From the NCBI GenBank assembly GCA_000708835.1, contig DF237560.1, forward strand, positions 1 through 51,757: DNA of 51,757 nt, written 5' to 3'. The translations under genes and the position numbers were made by a program. Below the pieces are notes generated by a model that was given only the letters and a program-made list of their open reading frames with translations, was not told where the DNA came from and ran no database searches. Source of the DNA: Klebsormidium nitens. Lineage: Eukaryota; Plantae; Klebsormidiophyceae. Below, piece by piece: positions 1 to 12,652 of the stretch (within the stretch, counting starts at the first letter, position 1; each line of letters opens with the position of its first letter).

Positions 1-324
1 AATCGAGGTCCATCCGACTTCGAAGACTTCGGAACGCCACCTCTAATCTACCAACCAAACGCTATCCCGCAGAACCGGGACTAGCACCAAATCTACGACT
101 CTAACTACTGGTGGTCTTCATCGTCGCCGTCGACGCCTGAACGCCACCCAAATATCTTCTCGGTCGCCGGCCGCCGCGCGAAACTCCTTCCGCGCGCGCG
201 CGGGCTCGCGTACAGCAGGGGATGACGAAGTGGCACTGTCCTCTTGGGCAGCACACCCGGAGGATGAACGAAATTAAGTTTTCACGCCAAATATGGTGCG
301 AATTCCCTTGGCGGTACGGTAAGC

Positions 325-430
325 TCCAATACTAACACTAAAACCTAACCTATGAAATCACCCGCTCCGCACCCGAACCCACCCTAACCCCCAAACTAAC
401 CCTACCCGTCCCAGGCTGGTGAGCTTACTA
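325..430. repeat. Short dispersed repeat fragment related to the interior of the 32.3 kb element
   Basis: cccgaacccaccctaacccccaaactaaccc (about 373-403) matches the reverse complement of about 32498-32530 (cccgtacccaccctaacccccaactaaccc). An 8-bp inverted pair gtaagctc/gagcttac brackets it. Confidence 0.5.
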
Positions 431-1955
431 TTGCTAAACCTTTAACTATTGCTAAATTGAAGATTCTTCTGAACAGACACAGAACCTGTACAGTACACAC
501 TTGTAGACTTACATACGATTACATTTTTTTGCAAACCCCGTTTGATAAGCGGCTGAAACGTCTGTGCCAGGCTGTGCCGTGGAGCTGCCGGTTGCTTTGC
601 CGTTGCTTTGCCGTGGAGCTTTTGGCTGGCCGCTACGCACTTCCCGGTTTTTGCGCACGTCAGGTCTTCATCTCAGCTTAATATGAGCGTCCTTCCTGCA
701 AGATTTCGGCTCCAATATCCTTCAAACTAGGCTCAACAATCTGCATGCAATTCCAAGCAGCAGAAGGTTGGTATTCGGCACTGCCATGGTTTCTTTCGGT
801 AATACTGCCATTGGTAACATTGCAACTTCTATACTAGTTCAGGGGAGATGGTGCAGCTGAGAATGTGGCTTAAAGTTAGAATCCTTCGGCCCACCATATA
901 GGATCTCTACAAGTACTGGCAGCCGAGAATCAATTTGACGTCTGGTCCTCCGCCAGCTCCACGGTGCGTGCTTCTTGAGCTCAGCCGTTGTTGTCACATC
1001 TTGCAGCTAATCTGTTCAGTTCGTTCATCTGTACCAGGTAAGATCACTCTCATGCACCACCGCCTTGCAATGGATGAGCTGTGTCTTATGGAAGTACATA
1101 ATGCTGTTTTGGCATTTGGTTTGGGTCCAATGAATTCCTTGTTCATATTACTTTTTCCCAAAAAAACAGCCTCCTCTCTAGCCATTTTGAAGGGGCTGGA
1201 GATGACTCATGTTCTGAATCAGTTCTGATCAGCTGCCTCCTTGCCTGGTTTCTCTATGAGTGTAGTGACCTTGTATCAAGCAGGCACAGATTCACCAGTT
1301 CACAGTAGACCAGAGCAGTGAGGAGAGTTACTTTATAGCCTGGGGCGAAGTAACCTCATCATACCACCACTCTCAAGTTTCTGAAGGATCCCATTGCCAG
1401 ATCTCTTGATGATAGAACTAGCAATGCTTACCGGCGTTTTTTCTGGTTCATGTCTCCTTGAATCCCCAAACATGCAAGAGAATATTCCTTATTGTCCCTC
1501 AACATTTGTCCACCTCCCATGCAGCTGATGTGAGACTTTTTGGTACCTTTCCTTAAGCCAAGGAATATGGGCTTCCACTTGCTTTCTAGAGGCTGCCAGC
1601 TGCAACACTGCGCTCAAAGATTAACAACATTCAGTGGTTCACTGCGCTTTCTACACTTAGTCAGTAGGTGAGCCTCAATGTTTCCAGACTCTGATCCCAA
1701 ATTCAAATATTCAGATTGTTTATGTAGAGCATTCTAGCTACTTTGCTGAGTATTCGCTAAGTACGCGTTTCAGTGCCACTGAGAGATAATTCAGCAGCCG
1801 CCAAGTTGCAGCCTTGTTCAGATGCACGCAAACAGAGTCAATCCAGACTCAGCTTGGATATCGAATCAGCTCTCCTGTCCTAGAACATTCTCACAAGGAA
1901 CTGGAAAATAGCAAACTTTTTTGCATAATGAAGAGGGACTCTGTGCAGATTGCAG

Positions 1956-4900
1956 CAGACTATTGGAATCGCGTTTGACATAGACGGGGTTCTCTTGCGG
2001 GGTAAAACACCAATCGAAGGGGCCTCCGCGGCTCTGAAACAGCTGCATGGGACGGGTCCTGGGGATCAAGACGGCAAGACCAAGGCAGGTAAACTCGATG
2101 TTTGGGAGAAGCCAAGCTTGAATTCCTGATTTTCCTCGACTGTGATTCAAACCCCGATTTGTTAGAGGGGTCCCGTTTTGTCAGCACGAACCTTACCATC
2201 AAAATGGAGACGACTTGAAGGAACTGGCAGCCGTGCATGAAGCAATCCAGAGCAAACATGAGAAGAACGGGTGTCATATCAGTGAAGGATCAAACATACT
2301 ATCTCATACGATTCAAGTTGACCTTGCTTGAAAGTTTGTGTTTAGAGGCCCGTTACTTGCCCCTCTCGTGCTGTGGACCAACCTGAATCTGCGACCTCCC
2401 TAACATTGAACAGATCATTTGCTATTTTCCTCCACAGGCCAGGCCCTCATCCCCCATGTCTATCTTACTAACGGTGAGGAACTTGTTTTGTTGTAGCACC
2501 TTCTAACTTGGTTCTTGCATCGTTGATGTGGCGAGCCGAATCACTTGTGGAACAACTTCAAAGTTTTGGCGATAGTAGCTCCCGAAATTCAGAAGATGGA
2601 AGCAAAACTCTAGTTTCACACCCTCAGGTCCAATAGCATGAGTTTGAGTACTTCTTAAGCGGTCCTGAGCTTCTTCCGCCCACTGATGAACCTGCTTAGA
2701 GTCAAATCTATTGCTTGTAACCTCTATTCTAGTCTTGTAGTAAGCAACTTATGAAAGCTTTTTTTATCTTCGAGCGAAGCATTCACTTTGCCTTTCTGAT
2801 CGAGATGGAATAACGAAGCCTGCCTCTGAAGACCGGCGCTGGCAACTAATGTAGACTCTTCACCTCGTCACAGGGGGCGGCGTGACGGAAGCGGCCAAGG
2901 CGGAGGAGCTTGCTTCGCTCCTGGACGTCCCCGTCTCAGAAGAACAGGTACGGCTAGAAATGGAGTGTCCTTCCCCTGAATAGCATGCGCAGTTGGAAGC
3001 ATCTTGTCAAGAAACGGGTAAACCCAGATCTGCTCGACTTTGGGTAGAGCGCGAAGTAATTCGACAGCTCTGCGTGAGCCTTCTGGGATGTTGTCACCAA
3101 CGCTTGTGATCTGAGTGCCCGCACTCGTGGATTGCGTGCTGATTTCTCATGCGGCACGTAGCCGTTTCAAGGGTGATTCTGATCCAGGAGCAGTGCTTTG
3201 GAGACGCCAGTTCTGCACGTGCTATCCTCGTCGTAAACCTGATGTCTACGTCGCTCTGCAGGTCATTCTTGGTCATACCCCGTTCAAAAATTATGTCGAC
3301 AGGTGAGGACATTCGACGGAAAGGACGGCCTCGCTCATCTTGCGCATAACCTCTGCTGTACTGCTCGCTTCGTTCCATTTTTCATGTCGTGAACCTCAAC
3401 ACTAGGCCAGATAGTCAAAGCCGAGCCTTTGTCTTTGCTGTAAGCGTCATTCTGGCCTGCAATCCGACCGTCCGTCACAATAAACCCCGGGGAAGCTCGC
3501 GAGCCTGGCTGTCGAGAGACACGAGAAGACTGCCGGAGCCGCATGCTGCTTCGACTGAGAACACGAAACGATCAGGAAGTTCTTTCCGGACGTCGCTCAG
3601 AGGCGAAGTTCTGAACCCTCATCACAACCAGGACGGATGCGGCAGTTCTTCCGCAGGTCGTTGGTCCACTCACGTTCATAGTACCAACTTTTGAGGAGGA
3701 AAAACTGGACACCACGTGATGCCTTGATTATCGAGCATTCAACTACTCGGCCCCCGACACCTGCTTCTTCCAACGGTTCCTTGCCCGGTTGTAGGTAGAG
3801 TCCTGAGATGTGCTGAGGTCGCTCTTTTGTTATACAGGTATCGAGATCAGCGGGTGCTCTCCGTCGGGAAGGGCGACACGAAGAAAGTCATGGAGGCATA
3901 CGGATTCCGGTGAGGAAGGAACCGGCGTCCACTTTGAAGTCGTTCTTTTAATAACGTGGACTTCTGATTGCAGACGAACCATTGCTGCGCTTGGCATTGT
4001 AAGAAGCGTCGGTTCGGGCCTTTATCACGAGATTGCTATTACGAACACGACGTGGCAATTCGACGAGACAGCCAACCAAACCGTTTGTGATTCGGCACCC
4101 GACTTATTTGGAATTAGGTGCAACTATCTAGTTGTGCCATGCGTTTTCTATATAATTCAGGCAGCCGAGGGATTGATTGATACCCCGTTCAGGCGTCACC
4201 GCACCTGAGTGAAGTAGATGTTGTATCTCGGTATGGCCCAGTGACCCCGTGTGACGTTGTTATTCTAGCATAAAGCCCGGCAAGCGTTTTCTTCGTCGGC
4301 TTAACCAGCCACTTTGCTCACCTACTAAGCTGCCAATTGATCAGCGAAAGGGAAACGGGCACAAAACCAAATTTTACTCCTGCAACTCAAGAGAGTCTCG
4401 CTTGACCAAGCGCTGACGAAGTAAGTTTAACACCGGTTTGTCCCTGTGCCAGGCATGTTGTCCCAATGGAGGAGTACGTTCACGAGTTTCCCGACATCGA
4501 TCCGCTCGCCCCCTATGGCCCTTCCGCCCGGCAGACGGAAGCGCGGAACCCGCCCGACCTCCCACCAGAACACCGAATCGCCGCGGTGTTCGTAGTCAGC
4601 GACCCCGTCAACTGGGGCCGCGACATACAGGCGAGATCTGACGTACAAAAATCCGCTTCATTGTCTGGTGATCAAAGATGATTATCTACTGACATCGAGG
4701 GCGTGAGTCATCAGACTTGTTGGCAATGAAATGATGTTCCAACGTTCAAATCGATTATTTGCATCCCGAAGCGGGCTTTCGTAGACCTGGGAGCTTTACT
4801 GAGAGCGCTCCGCTGATGAGACACAGCTTGACCAGCACAAGAACAAAGCATGACAGCCGCAAACGCCTTGCAAGTCGGTCTTAACCACTTGTCCCCCGTT

Positions 4901-6847
4901 TCCCAGGTCTTATGCGACGTCCTGCGATCCGGCGGTTTCCCCGGTCATGCCGACACACCGCACCCTCCCCAAGTTCCCCTCTTCCTAGCAGCCGACGATT
5001 TTGAGTACCAAGTCAGTGAGCTGGCTTTCAACATGTGAACTGACAGTCGTTTTGTTGCCTCGTCTTGCAATGCGCATGTAACGTCCCAGGGTGCCCAAGC
5101 GCCCTGCTTCTTTCGATGATGCGCTTTGTTGATAGTTGGCAGTGCTTGCTTCATGCAAGAGCTGCTTGAGTCTGCTCATCCGTCTCGAACCTCCAATCCG
5201 GTAAACACGGCCAAATCCAAGAGAGTGCGCATTCTCATGCATCTCAAATCCTTAAGCAGAGTTTGTCGTCTCTGACCTGATCTTCCTTGGTAGCCCGAGC
5301 CCTTTTTTCGAGAGTCACAGAAAAATGATTGGTCCTTGATCCTCACAAGAAAACCAGAGTTGCTGCTTTCTCACCCTGTTTTGGTTGCTTTGCATGTAGG
5401 CCATGTTTCCAGTCCCGAGATTCGGCATGGGCGCTTTCCGGATAGCGCTCGAAAGCCTATTTAACAGGTGCGTCGATCTCAGTTCTTTCATGAGTCGCCT
5501 TTTGTTCAACCGATATTCTTCAGAGCGTTAGCCAACTAAAGAACTCGCCGTTGGCCGGCGGAAATACTCCTTAGCTTTGCCGTCGACTAGGCCAAATTTC
5601 GCTTAGCAACAACGCGGCTGTTAGTCCAAGATGATCATACCAAGCCTCGAGACAGACGTCGTCCTTATGTGTATACTGTCTGCAATTTTACAGTCGGATG
5701 ATGCATTCTCGTGCAGGCCGAAAGTACTGGACCTTTCTTTTGGTCTCGTATAAAGTAGAAGTCCGAAAAAGGAAGGTTTATATCGCAGGTTATATCACAA
5801 ACCCCTCTCCCACGTCGCCTACGGCAAGCCTAGCCCCGAGCCGTATCGTTTCGCTCTCGAAGCCCTTCGGAAGCAGCACGCGCAGCTCTGCCGGCCGGCG
5901 GATCCGAGCGCCACTGTTTCGTTCGACCGAGTCTACATGGTTGGCGATAACCCCAAAACGGACGTCCGAGGAGCGCTCAATGTAAGTTCGCAACGTCCGG
6001 CGCGAGTCATGGAGTGCTTTGTGATGCTCTGTGTGCCAACTCGCCTATGGCCTTGGAAGTGTTGGCGGCAGTCCTCAAGAGCTGCCTCCCTTTCCGACTT
6101 TGGTTTGATCCAGGACGTATTGCAAACACTAGATTGGAAAATCGACGCCATAGAACTCCCTTAGTTTTCCGTTACAGGCAGGGCACCCTTGGAGGCCCAT
6201 CCTCACCCGCACAGGGGTGTACCGGGGAAATCATCGCGTGTACAAAAGCCCAGGGGACGGCCCGGGAGAAAGCGGCCCCCACTCTTTTGAAACACCGGTA
6301 CGTGATTCTAGTGCTTAAGGTGCGCTCAGTGTTTGGTTTTATGGAGAATGAGAACGTGCTTTCTGCTGTGCGCATTCCTGTGCACGTTCAGTCACTGACT
6401 TCGGCTCGCTGTTTCGGGATCCTTCTTGGTCATCGACGGTGTTTTTTTGACTTGAATCCATGCGAGTCCTCCTTGAACCCCAACTCAATAGCCGTTGGTT
6501 TACTAGGGTCAATCTCAACGGAAGTCTATGCAAGGTTCACCTGCAGCCCGTCAAGATGGCGAGCGAGTCCAGGCGCGAAACGGGTCTAGATAGCAGCTTT
6601 GCACCATGCAAGAGTCAAGATCAGTGGGTGTCTCAGATAAGGATCAAAATTCGGTTCTTCGTCAGCAGCAGCGAGCGCCTCCTGCTTTTTGACAGATGAG
6701 GGGCTTTTTGAAAAATTATTTCTTCACTCAGGACGAACCCACGCTTTTCGATTGCTGATGCTTGTTCTCATTTGGGTGCAGGTCATGTCTACCGTATCGG
6801 AAGCAGTCGGATTCATACTAGCAGAGTCGCAAATGCAGCCTCGATAG
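1956..6847 (+). CDS. HAD-superfamily subfamily IIA hydrolase, CECR5/HDHD5-like (spliced; 5' end unresolved, lies upstream of 1956)
   Basis: Phase-consistent exons 1956-2088, 2438-2473, 2874-2947, 3262-3302, 3838-3909, 4453-4630 (GC donor), 4907-5011, 5400-5467, 5789-5981, 6178-6297, possible microexon 6547-6558, 6782-6847 (TAG). Translation shows HAD motif I IAFDIDGVL, LTNGGG, VILGHTPF, WGRDIQVLCDVL, FGMGAFRIALE, YGKP and YMVGDNPKTDVRGA. Candidate upstream exons near 747-768 and 921-962 are uncertain. Confidence 0.93.
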
Positions 6848-7439
6848 GTCACCCGTTACAAATCGAAACAATCAGTAGTACAATTGACTGGCTTTTATAC
6901 GTTTCTATCAATTGCTTCCAGAAGCTACACACCTGAGACATGCTTCGCAAACTGCATCGCTTGGTGATGTGCCGGCATGCAAAGTAACTTGCAAACGGGT
7001 TGACTCTCACGACCGGCCACGAGTAATGTTCCCTTTCCCAATGTTAAGTAACCAATTACTAGCGTTTGCGTCCGACTTTGCATGTGCTTGCTTAATCATG
7101 CCAATGGCTGTTACTTTGATATTGTGCGGATGAACGTTATCGTTCAGCGGGGTTTCTTTCTCCTTTGGCCAAGGCGACCTAGGCCAGCAGATTGCATCGA
7201 TCCGGCCCCTGCAGCCATAGCAAAGCGATAACTTCATTTGCATTTTTTGGATTACCTGGAGTGCAACCTTGGTACTATCAAAGATCCGCACTTCTGTGTA
7301 GTTCAGACATTCGGAATCGTTGTGACGCTGGCATTTCCTTGAAGCATGGTGGTGACGTCAATGAGATCACCGCTACCCTACTACAGACAGGTACGCGAAA
7401 AATCTTGCACTTCAATAAGTAGCTAGAACCGGCCGTTTT

Positions 7440-7600
7440 CATCTCCTCAGGCTGCCGGCCTGCAGAGCCTGCCGCGCGCGGCCCCCGCGGCCAGGTCGAG
7501 CGCGGCCGCCTGTGCGGCGGCGGCGGCGGCGGCGAGGGTTTGAAGGTTTGGACCGAGTGCATGAGTGCCCTGGGACACGTCTGAACCGTACGATGCAATG
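7440..7600 (+). promoter_or_regulatory. GC/CGCG-rich probable transcription-start and 5' UTR region of AP1S
   Basis: Island of cgcgcg and (ggc)n sequence followed by a GTGAGT donor at about 7600, upstream of the ATG-only first coding exon. Function is inferred. Confidence 0.4.
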
Positions 7601-7984
7601 TGAGTAAGTTTGTCAAAGGCTTCACGACCAACCGTTCAATCGTGCCGGGCATCGGACGGTTCCGAGTTCAAGTTCCACAAAGATGATCTGACTCTGAGAT
7701 CATGGGAAGCAAGAGATGCAGATGTCAATATCGCCACCCCTAGATGGCCTCTCGGCTAGGGTTCCAGCTTCGTCGGACGGCCATCCTGGACTGGGAGAAT
7801 TGGTGGAGCGCACACAGGAGCAGCGCTCAGAGAGAATCAGGAACGCGCCTGAGGTCCTGGCCAATCCTTCGTCTTCAGAGCAATCAATTGTATTCCCCTG
7901 AAGGGATCGGCCTCCTCAATTTTGTGCAGTGTGCAATTTTCTGAGACATTTTATAACAATTGGAAGGAACACCTGCAGGCCAGC

Positions 7985-10194
7985 ATGGTGAGTCCGTGCC
8001 GTTCTTATCATCAGCCATTCAATGCAACTTCGACCTATGCTTGTGAGATCTTCTTTCCAAATGATTGGCTTCCTTTTCACGTACGTCACCCTGACCTTCT
8101 GCAATCTGCTTCCGCAGATTCAATTTGTCTTGCTCATTAGCCGGCAGGGGAAGGTGCGGCTGACAAAATGGTACTCACCGTACACCCAAAAGGAGCGTGC
8201 TAAGGTGGGCGCACGAAGCCAACAACTTCCAAACTCAAACATAAGAATCAGGAATGACACTGCTCTTTAGATCTTGTGATCAGCTCCGACCCGTGCCTGC
8301 GATCAAGGTGCACAGCGGTTAGCCGAGCTACAATTAGGGTTTCATTCATTGCTCCTGGTGCTGGCCCCTCCTAGTGCCTCGTTCGATCCGGTTTCGTTCG
8401 GTGTAAGTACGGCGTCCATATGTGCAGCAAGACTTGCACTTTGACTAGATTGTCTTCCGATGGCGGAAGGCATGTAATGACACGCAGTTTGAGAGTGGGA
8501 GGCTTGAGCAGGAAGGACCTCCATGCCAGCTGGTTGTCAAGCTGTGTTTTGAAGGCGGAATACTGAGCTTTACAATCGATCACCTGGAAGCAGATTCAAC
8601 AACCCTTACTGCCCTGAATTGGACAAGCACTGCGCCTGGGATGGACGGAGTCCTCAAATTGTCATGCTCTGACTTTTCAGAGTTTCTTGCAGGCGATCAG
8701 AGAGATCAGCTCTTCTGTCCTGAGTAGAGGTGCAAAGCTGTGCAACATCGTTGAATGGAAGGATAAGAGGGTCGTTTACAAGCGGTAAGCAACTTTCCCC
8801 CTCCAGTCTGTGCAAACGAGAGCTCAATTGGTGCACTTCTGATGGAACTTGCCGTCCAGCCAAGCACGCTGGCTTTGATAATCTGTTTTTTGGAAGCACC
8901 GCTGTCTGAGAGGAGAAATCATGGAGGGATTACACTGAAGATGGATATGTCAGAGCACACTGTGAGGTGAAGAAAGTCCTAGGAAATTGGAACAGGCCGG
9001 TTGGTTTAGCTTCGAATGCTTGACGTATGGTTGACCAAATACTTTCCTGCCGATAAGTTCTGGCAGCTTTCCAAGCTGAATCACCTACTTAGCCATAGCT
9101 ACAATTTGTGCTGCGAGACCTAGCTCAGAGGCCTTGTTTGTCACTTCTGCAGGTATGCAAGTTTGTACTTCTGCATGTGCATCGACCCTTCGGACAACGA
9201 GTTGGCTACCCTCGAAACCATCCACCACTTTGTGGAGATCCTCGACCGATACTTTGGCAATGTGAGATGCATTTTCAGTGCCTGGCCCTCCAATTCCTGG
9301 CCCTTTAATTCGTTGTGCTTTTACGTCTGTTTAAACCTGGTTAATCCAACTTAAGACCTCTAACACAGTCGTCCTCTATGTCTTGGACCTCCTTCCCATC
9401 AGTTGGCTCATGACAGGATTGTCTCTTCCGGGTCTGGCTTTTTGCTTCCTGCTTCGCCTCTATTTTAAATCTTCCTTGTAAACATTTGCCTTTCAAGCTT
9501 GCAGGTTTGCGAGCTGGACCTGATCTTCAACTTCCATAAAGTAAGTTCCAGATCTTTCTGAGATTTATTGAAGCTGTTAACATTACAGACATTCGAACTG
9601 TTTGCAGAACACAGGTGCTGGCAAGTGTTACTCCCCTCTGTGCAAAGTCAAAGCAAAGTACGAATAAAAAGATTCGGTTCCCTCTTAATCGCATCTGATC
9701 TTCTCTACAGGCATACTTCATCCTTGATGAGGTACTTATGGCCGGGGAGCTTCAAGAATCGAGCAAAAAATCTGTAGCAAGGGTGATTGCTGCGCAAGTA
9801 AGTCGTCTCTTCAACGACCGAGAGGAATGACTGTATTCCGCTCTGCTTCGTTGTCTCTGACTGTTCTCATGTCGACCATACGGCGGCCGGATATGGGACT
9901 GAACTTTTTGAGGTATAGCTGACGTTCGACTTCATGAGACTTCTCCTTTTCACTAGTTTGGTCAAGGGCGTCTACATGTGAGTGACAAAGCAAGCAACGT
10001 GCTTGAAGGCTTCACGCTTGAGTCTCGACTCTTCGAATCTCATTGCGGGAATCTTACTGGCGTCACGAGGGGGCACATGATGAAAGCCCTCTAAAAGTGG
10101 ATTTAGTGCCAATCTGCAGGATCAACTGGTGGAGAGTGCAAAGGAGCAGCAGGGATCTATCAGCAACATAATCAAGCAAGCAACGCAGGGTTAA
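7985..10194 (+). CDS. AP1S: AP-1 clathrin adaptor complex sigma subunit (about 162 aa)
   Basis: Exons 7985-7987 (ATG only), 8118-8204, 8693-8784, 9153-9261, 9505-9540, 9711-9797, 10120-10194 (TAA), all GT-AG and in phase. Protein [23 protein letters not shown]...KRYASLYFC...[32 protein letters not shown] is the plant AP-1 sigma signature. Confidence 0.96.
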
Positions 10195-11628
10195 GCAGTT
10201 GTTTACTTTGAACCTCTCGATTGGAAAAGGATAGTGGATACAAAGGCTCTTCCTTCTGAGAACATCAGCGCACGGTAGCGAACAGGCCCTTCTTGTACGA
10301 TATTAAAATACTAGCAACAATCGATTTACCGATTGTTCAGAACGTTGCTCAGGCGTGCAGTGCACGCTCTGTCCGATCTGGTGCATCCTACCAATCAATT
10401 TCACTTGCCGGCAAAGAGGTACAACATTTCGAAGCACTAGCCACGGATTCTGAGATGCATGCCGAAGTCATCGTCCCCGTCTTGGTCGAAGATGGGGACA
10501 ATCGAGCAGGCCTGAGCCTGCGAAATCGGCTCGTAGACGCTCGGCACAAGCCGTCCCTGCAAAATTAAGTGTATACAGTACTTGCAGAGCTAATGATGCA
10601 TAATGCGATCAGGTCAGATCAAGGACGTACTTCAAATTTAAAGATTGAATTTCCCGACCACACAGTAACTATAGACTAGCTGTCGGATCTGGTACTGCAT
10701 GATAGTGTTCGTCAACATAAAATAGAGTTTGGCAATATTGGTGATGGCCGAGGCGTTTGCATGAAATGACTGCGTGCTCATGCAGCCTGCCTGCGGCCGG
10801 ACACAGTGAGTCACATCGGATGCACCAGCCTGGTTGAAGGAAGATACAATTGCATGATCGACCCGTCGACAAAATCATGTGCGGTCATGTATTGCTGGTG
10901 GCGCATGTGAAGTAGACATGGCTCTTCATGCGCCCATGGCGGCCGTCACCAGGCTATACTATGTAAGGCGAATTTGGATCCAAGGTCTTTTGGCGCAACC
11001 CAACTAGCAAGCTCCAAACGTGTCCGCTGCCCCAAATTGCATGAACAGTATGATAATCACCGAAAGGTGAAATAGACCATAGAACAATCAGGGCGGCCGC
11101 CATGCAGCTAGCGCATTGCATGATGTATGCATCACAACTTAATTCTCAACTTAATTCTCAGTGATCCGACAATCGGGAATTAGCTGCCACTTCAGCATGC
11201 AGCTCAAGCAAAGCAAGGACGTGCTACTTTCTATCTACCATCTCAGGGGCAAACATGATTGTCACATAATCGATGACATGCCAGAATCCTGAGCCAATGC
11301 ATCAAAGCTGAATCAAAGTAACAAGAGTTTTACCACGGATAAACGTCTACGAAATAGAATCTCGAGAAGGGACTCAGGTCGAGCCTCCAACTTGCTTATC
11401 ACGTTCTGTATCAACGTCTAGCCTATGCAAACGCTCCTCTTGTTAATCCTGAACTTTTTGACAATACTGATCCACCTTATCAGGAGTCAAGCTCGTATGA
11501 GCTTACTAATCAGTCCGCTGGGGTATCACCTCATATCCACCGAATGTCCACTGAATAATACTTCAAAATCTGTCTCTCCATCTCAACGCCGCATGCGCAT
11601 CACATGAATACTCCTACAAAAGTTTACC

Positions 11629-12652
11629 TCATACCAACAAAAGCAAAGCTCCAAGTAGCGCTGCTGCAGCCACCAAGCCACTCGGCACATGGCTCGACGC
11701 TCCCCCCATGATCGTTTGCAACGACGGCTGGACACGTGCGGCTGCTCCCGTGCCCCTTGGTGCTTCCGACGGCGCAACGGCTGGCGGCGGGGTCTGCGCT
11801 GACGTCACTGTCGTGCTCAGAAGGCCGGAAAGCAAGGCAAGGGTCGAAGAAGGAACAGCGGGCTCGGGTGCAGGAACTGGTGCAGGGCCCGAGGCCGGGG
11901 CGGGGCCGGGAGCAGGGGCAGGGCCCGGAGCAGGGGCCGGGCCGGGAACTAGAAGGGGGGCCGGGGCGGGCACAGGATTGGGGGCCGGAACCGGAGCTGG
12001 ACCCGCTGCTGGCGCAGGTGCCGGGACGCTCAATGGAGGGGGGGGAAAGGCAAATGGGGGCGGGTTCACAGGAGGGGGCTGCGAGACTGGGGCCGCTTTT
12101 GGGGGGACGGCGGGGGGCAGAGTTAGTGCTGGTGGAGGGGTTTGAGGGGCAGGGGAAGGTGCGGGGAAGAACGGGGTGGGCTTGGGGAGGGGGTTGGCGA
12201 GGGAGTTGGGGAGGGGTTGGCGAGGGGGTTGGGAGGGCCGTGGAGGGGAGCGGGGTTATGCGTCGGGGGTAGGGGCAGGGGGTCTGGGGTGGTGGTGGAA
12301 GAGTAGGAGGTGGTGTTACGAGGGGAGGAGAAAGGAGGGGCCAGTTGNNNNNNNNNNNNNNNNNNNNNNNNNNNNNNNNNNNNNNNNNNNNNNNNNNNNN
12401 NNNNNNNNNGGCAGGGGTCTGGGTGGTGGTGGAAGATAGAGGTGGTGTTACAGGGGAGGAGAAAGAGGGGCCATTGCTCCCAAGCGGCGAAGGGGGAGGG
12501 GCGCCAGGCACTGGCGCGCCAAATCCTAATGAGAAGCCAGGGGGAGCGGCAACACCCGGCGGAAGGGTGAATGGTAGAGGCGGTGCCTGGCCGTCAGTGA
12601 GCACAATGCAGCTCACCACGAGACTCAACACCAGTAGTCCTGGTTGTCTCAT
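11629..12652 (-). CDS. Classical arabinogalactan-protein-like Pro/Ala/Ser/Thr-rich cell-surface glycoprotein, probably GPI-anchored
   Basis: ATG at 12652 starts a signal peptide (MRQPGLLVLSLVVSCIVLTDG|QA). It is followed by AP/SP/TP dipeptide repeats (GPAPAPGPAPAP, SPTPSP) and a hydrophobic C-terminus (GLVAAAALLGALLLLV*, TGA 11631-11629). The frame across 12150-12410 is disturbed by the N gap and apparent homopolymer errors. Confidence 0.8.
12348..12409. other. Assembly gap (62 N) flanked by a duplicated sequence
   Basis: Run of N. Segments 12274-12347 and 12410-12476 are near-identical apart from homopolymer-type indels. Confidence 0.9.
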
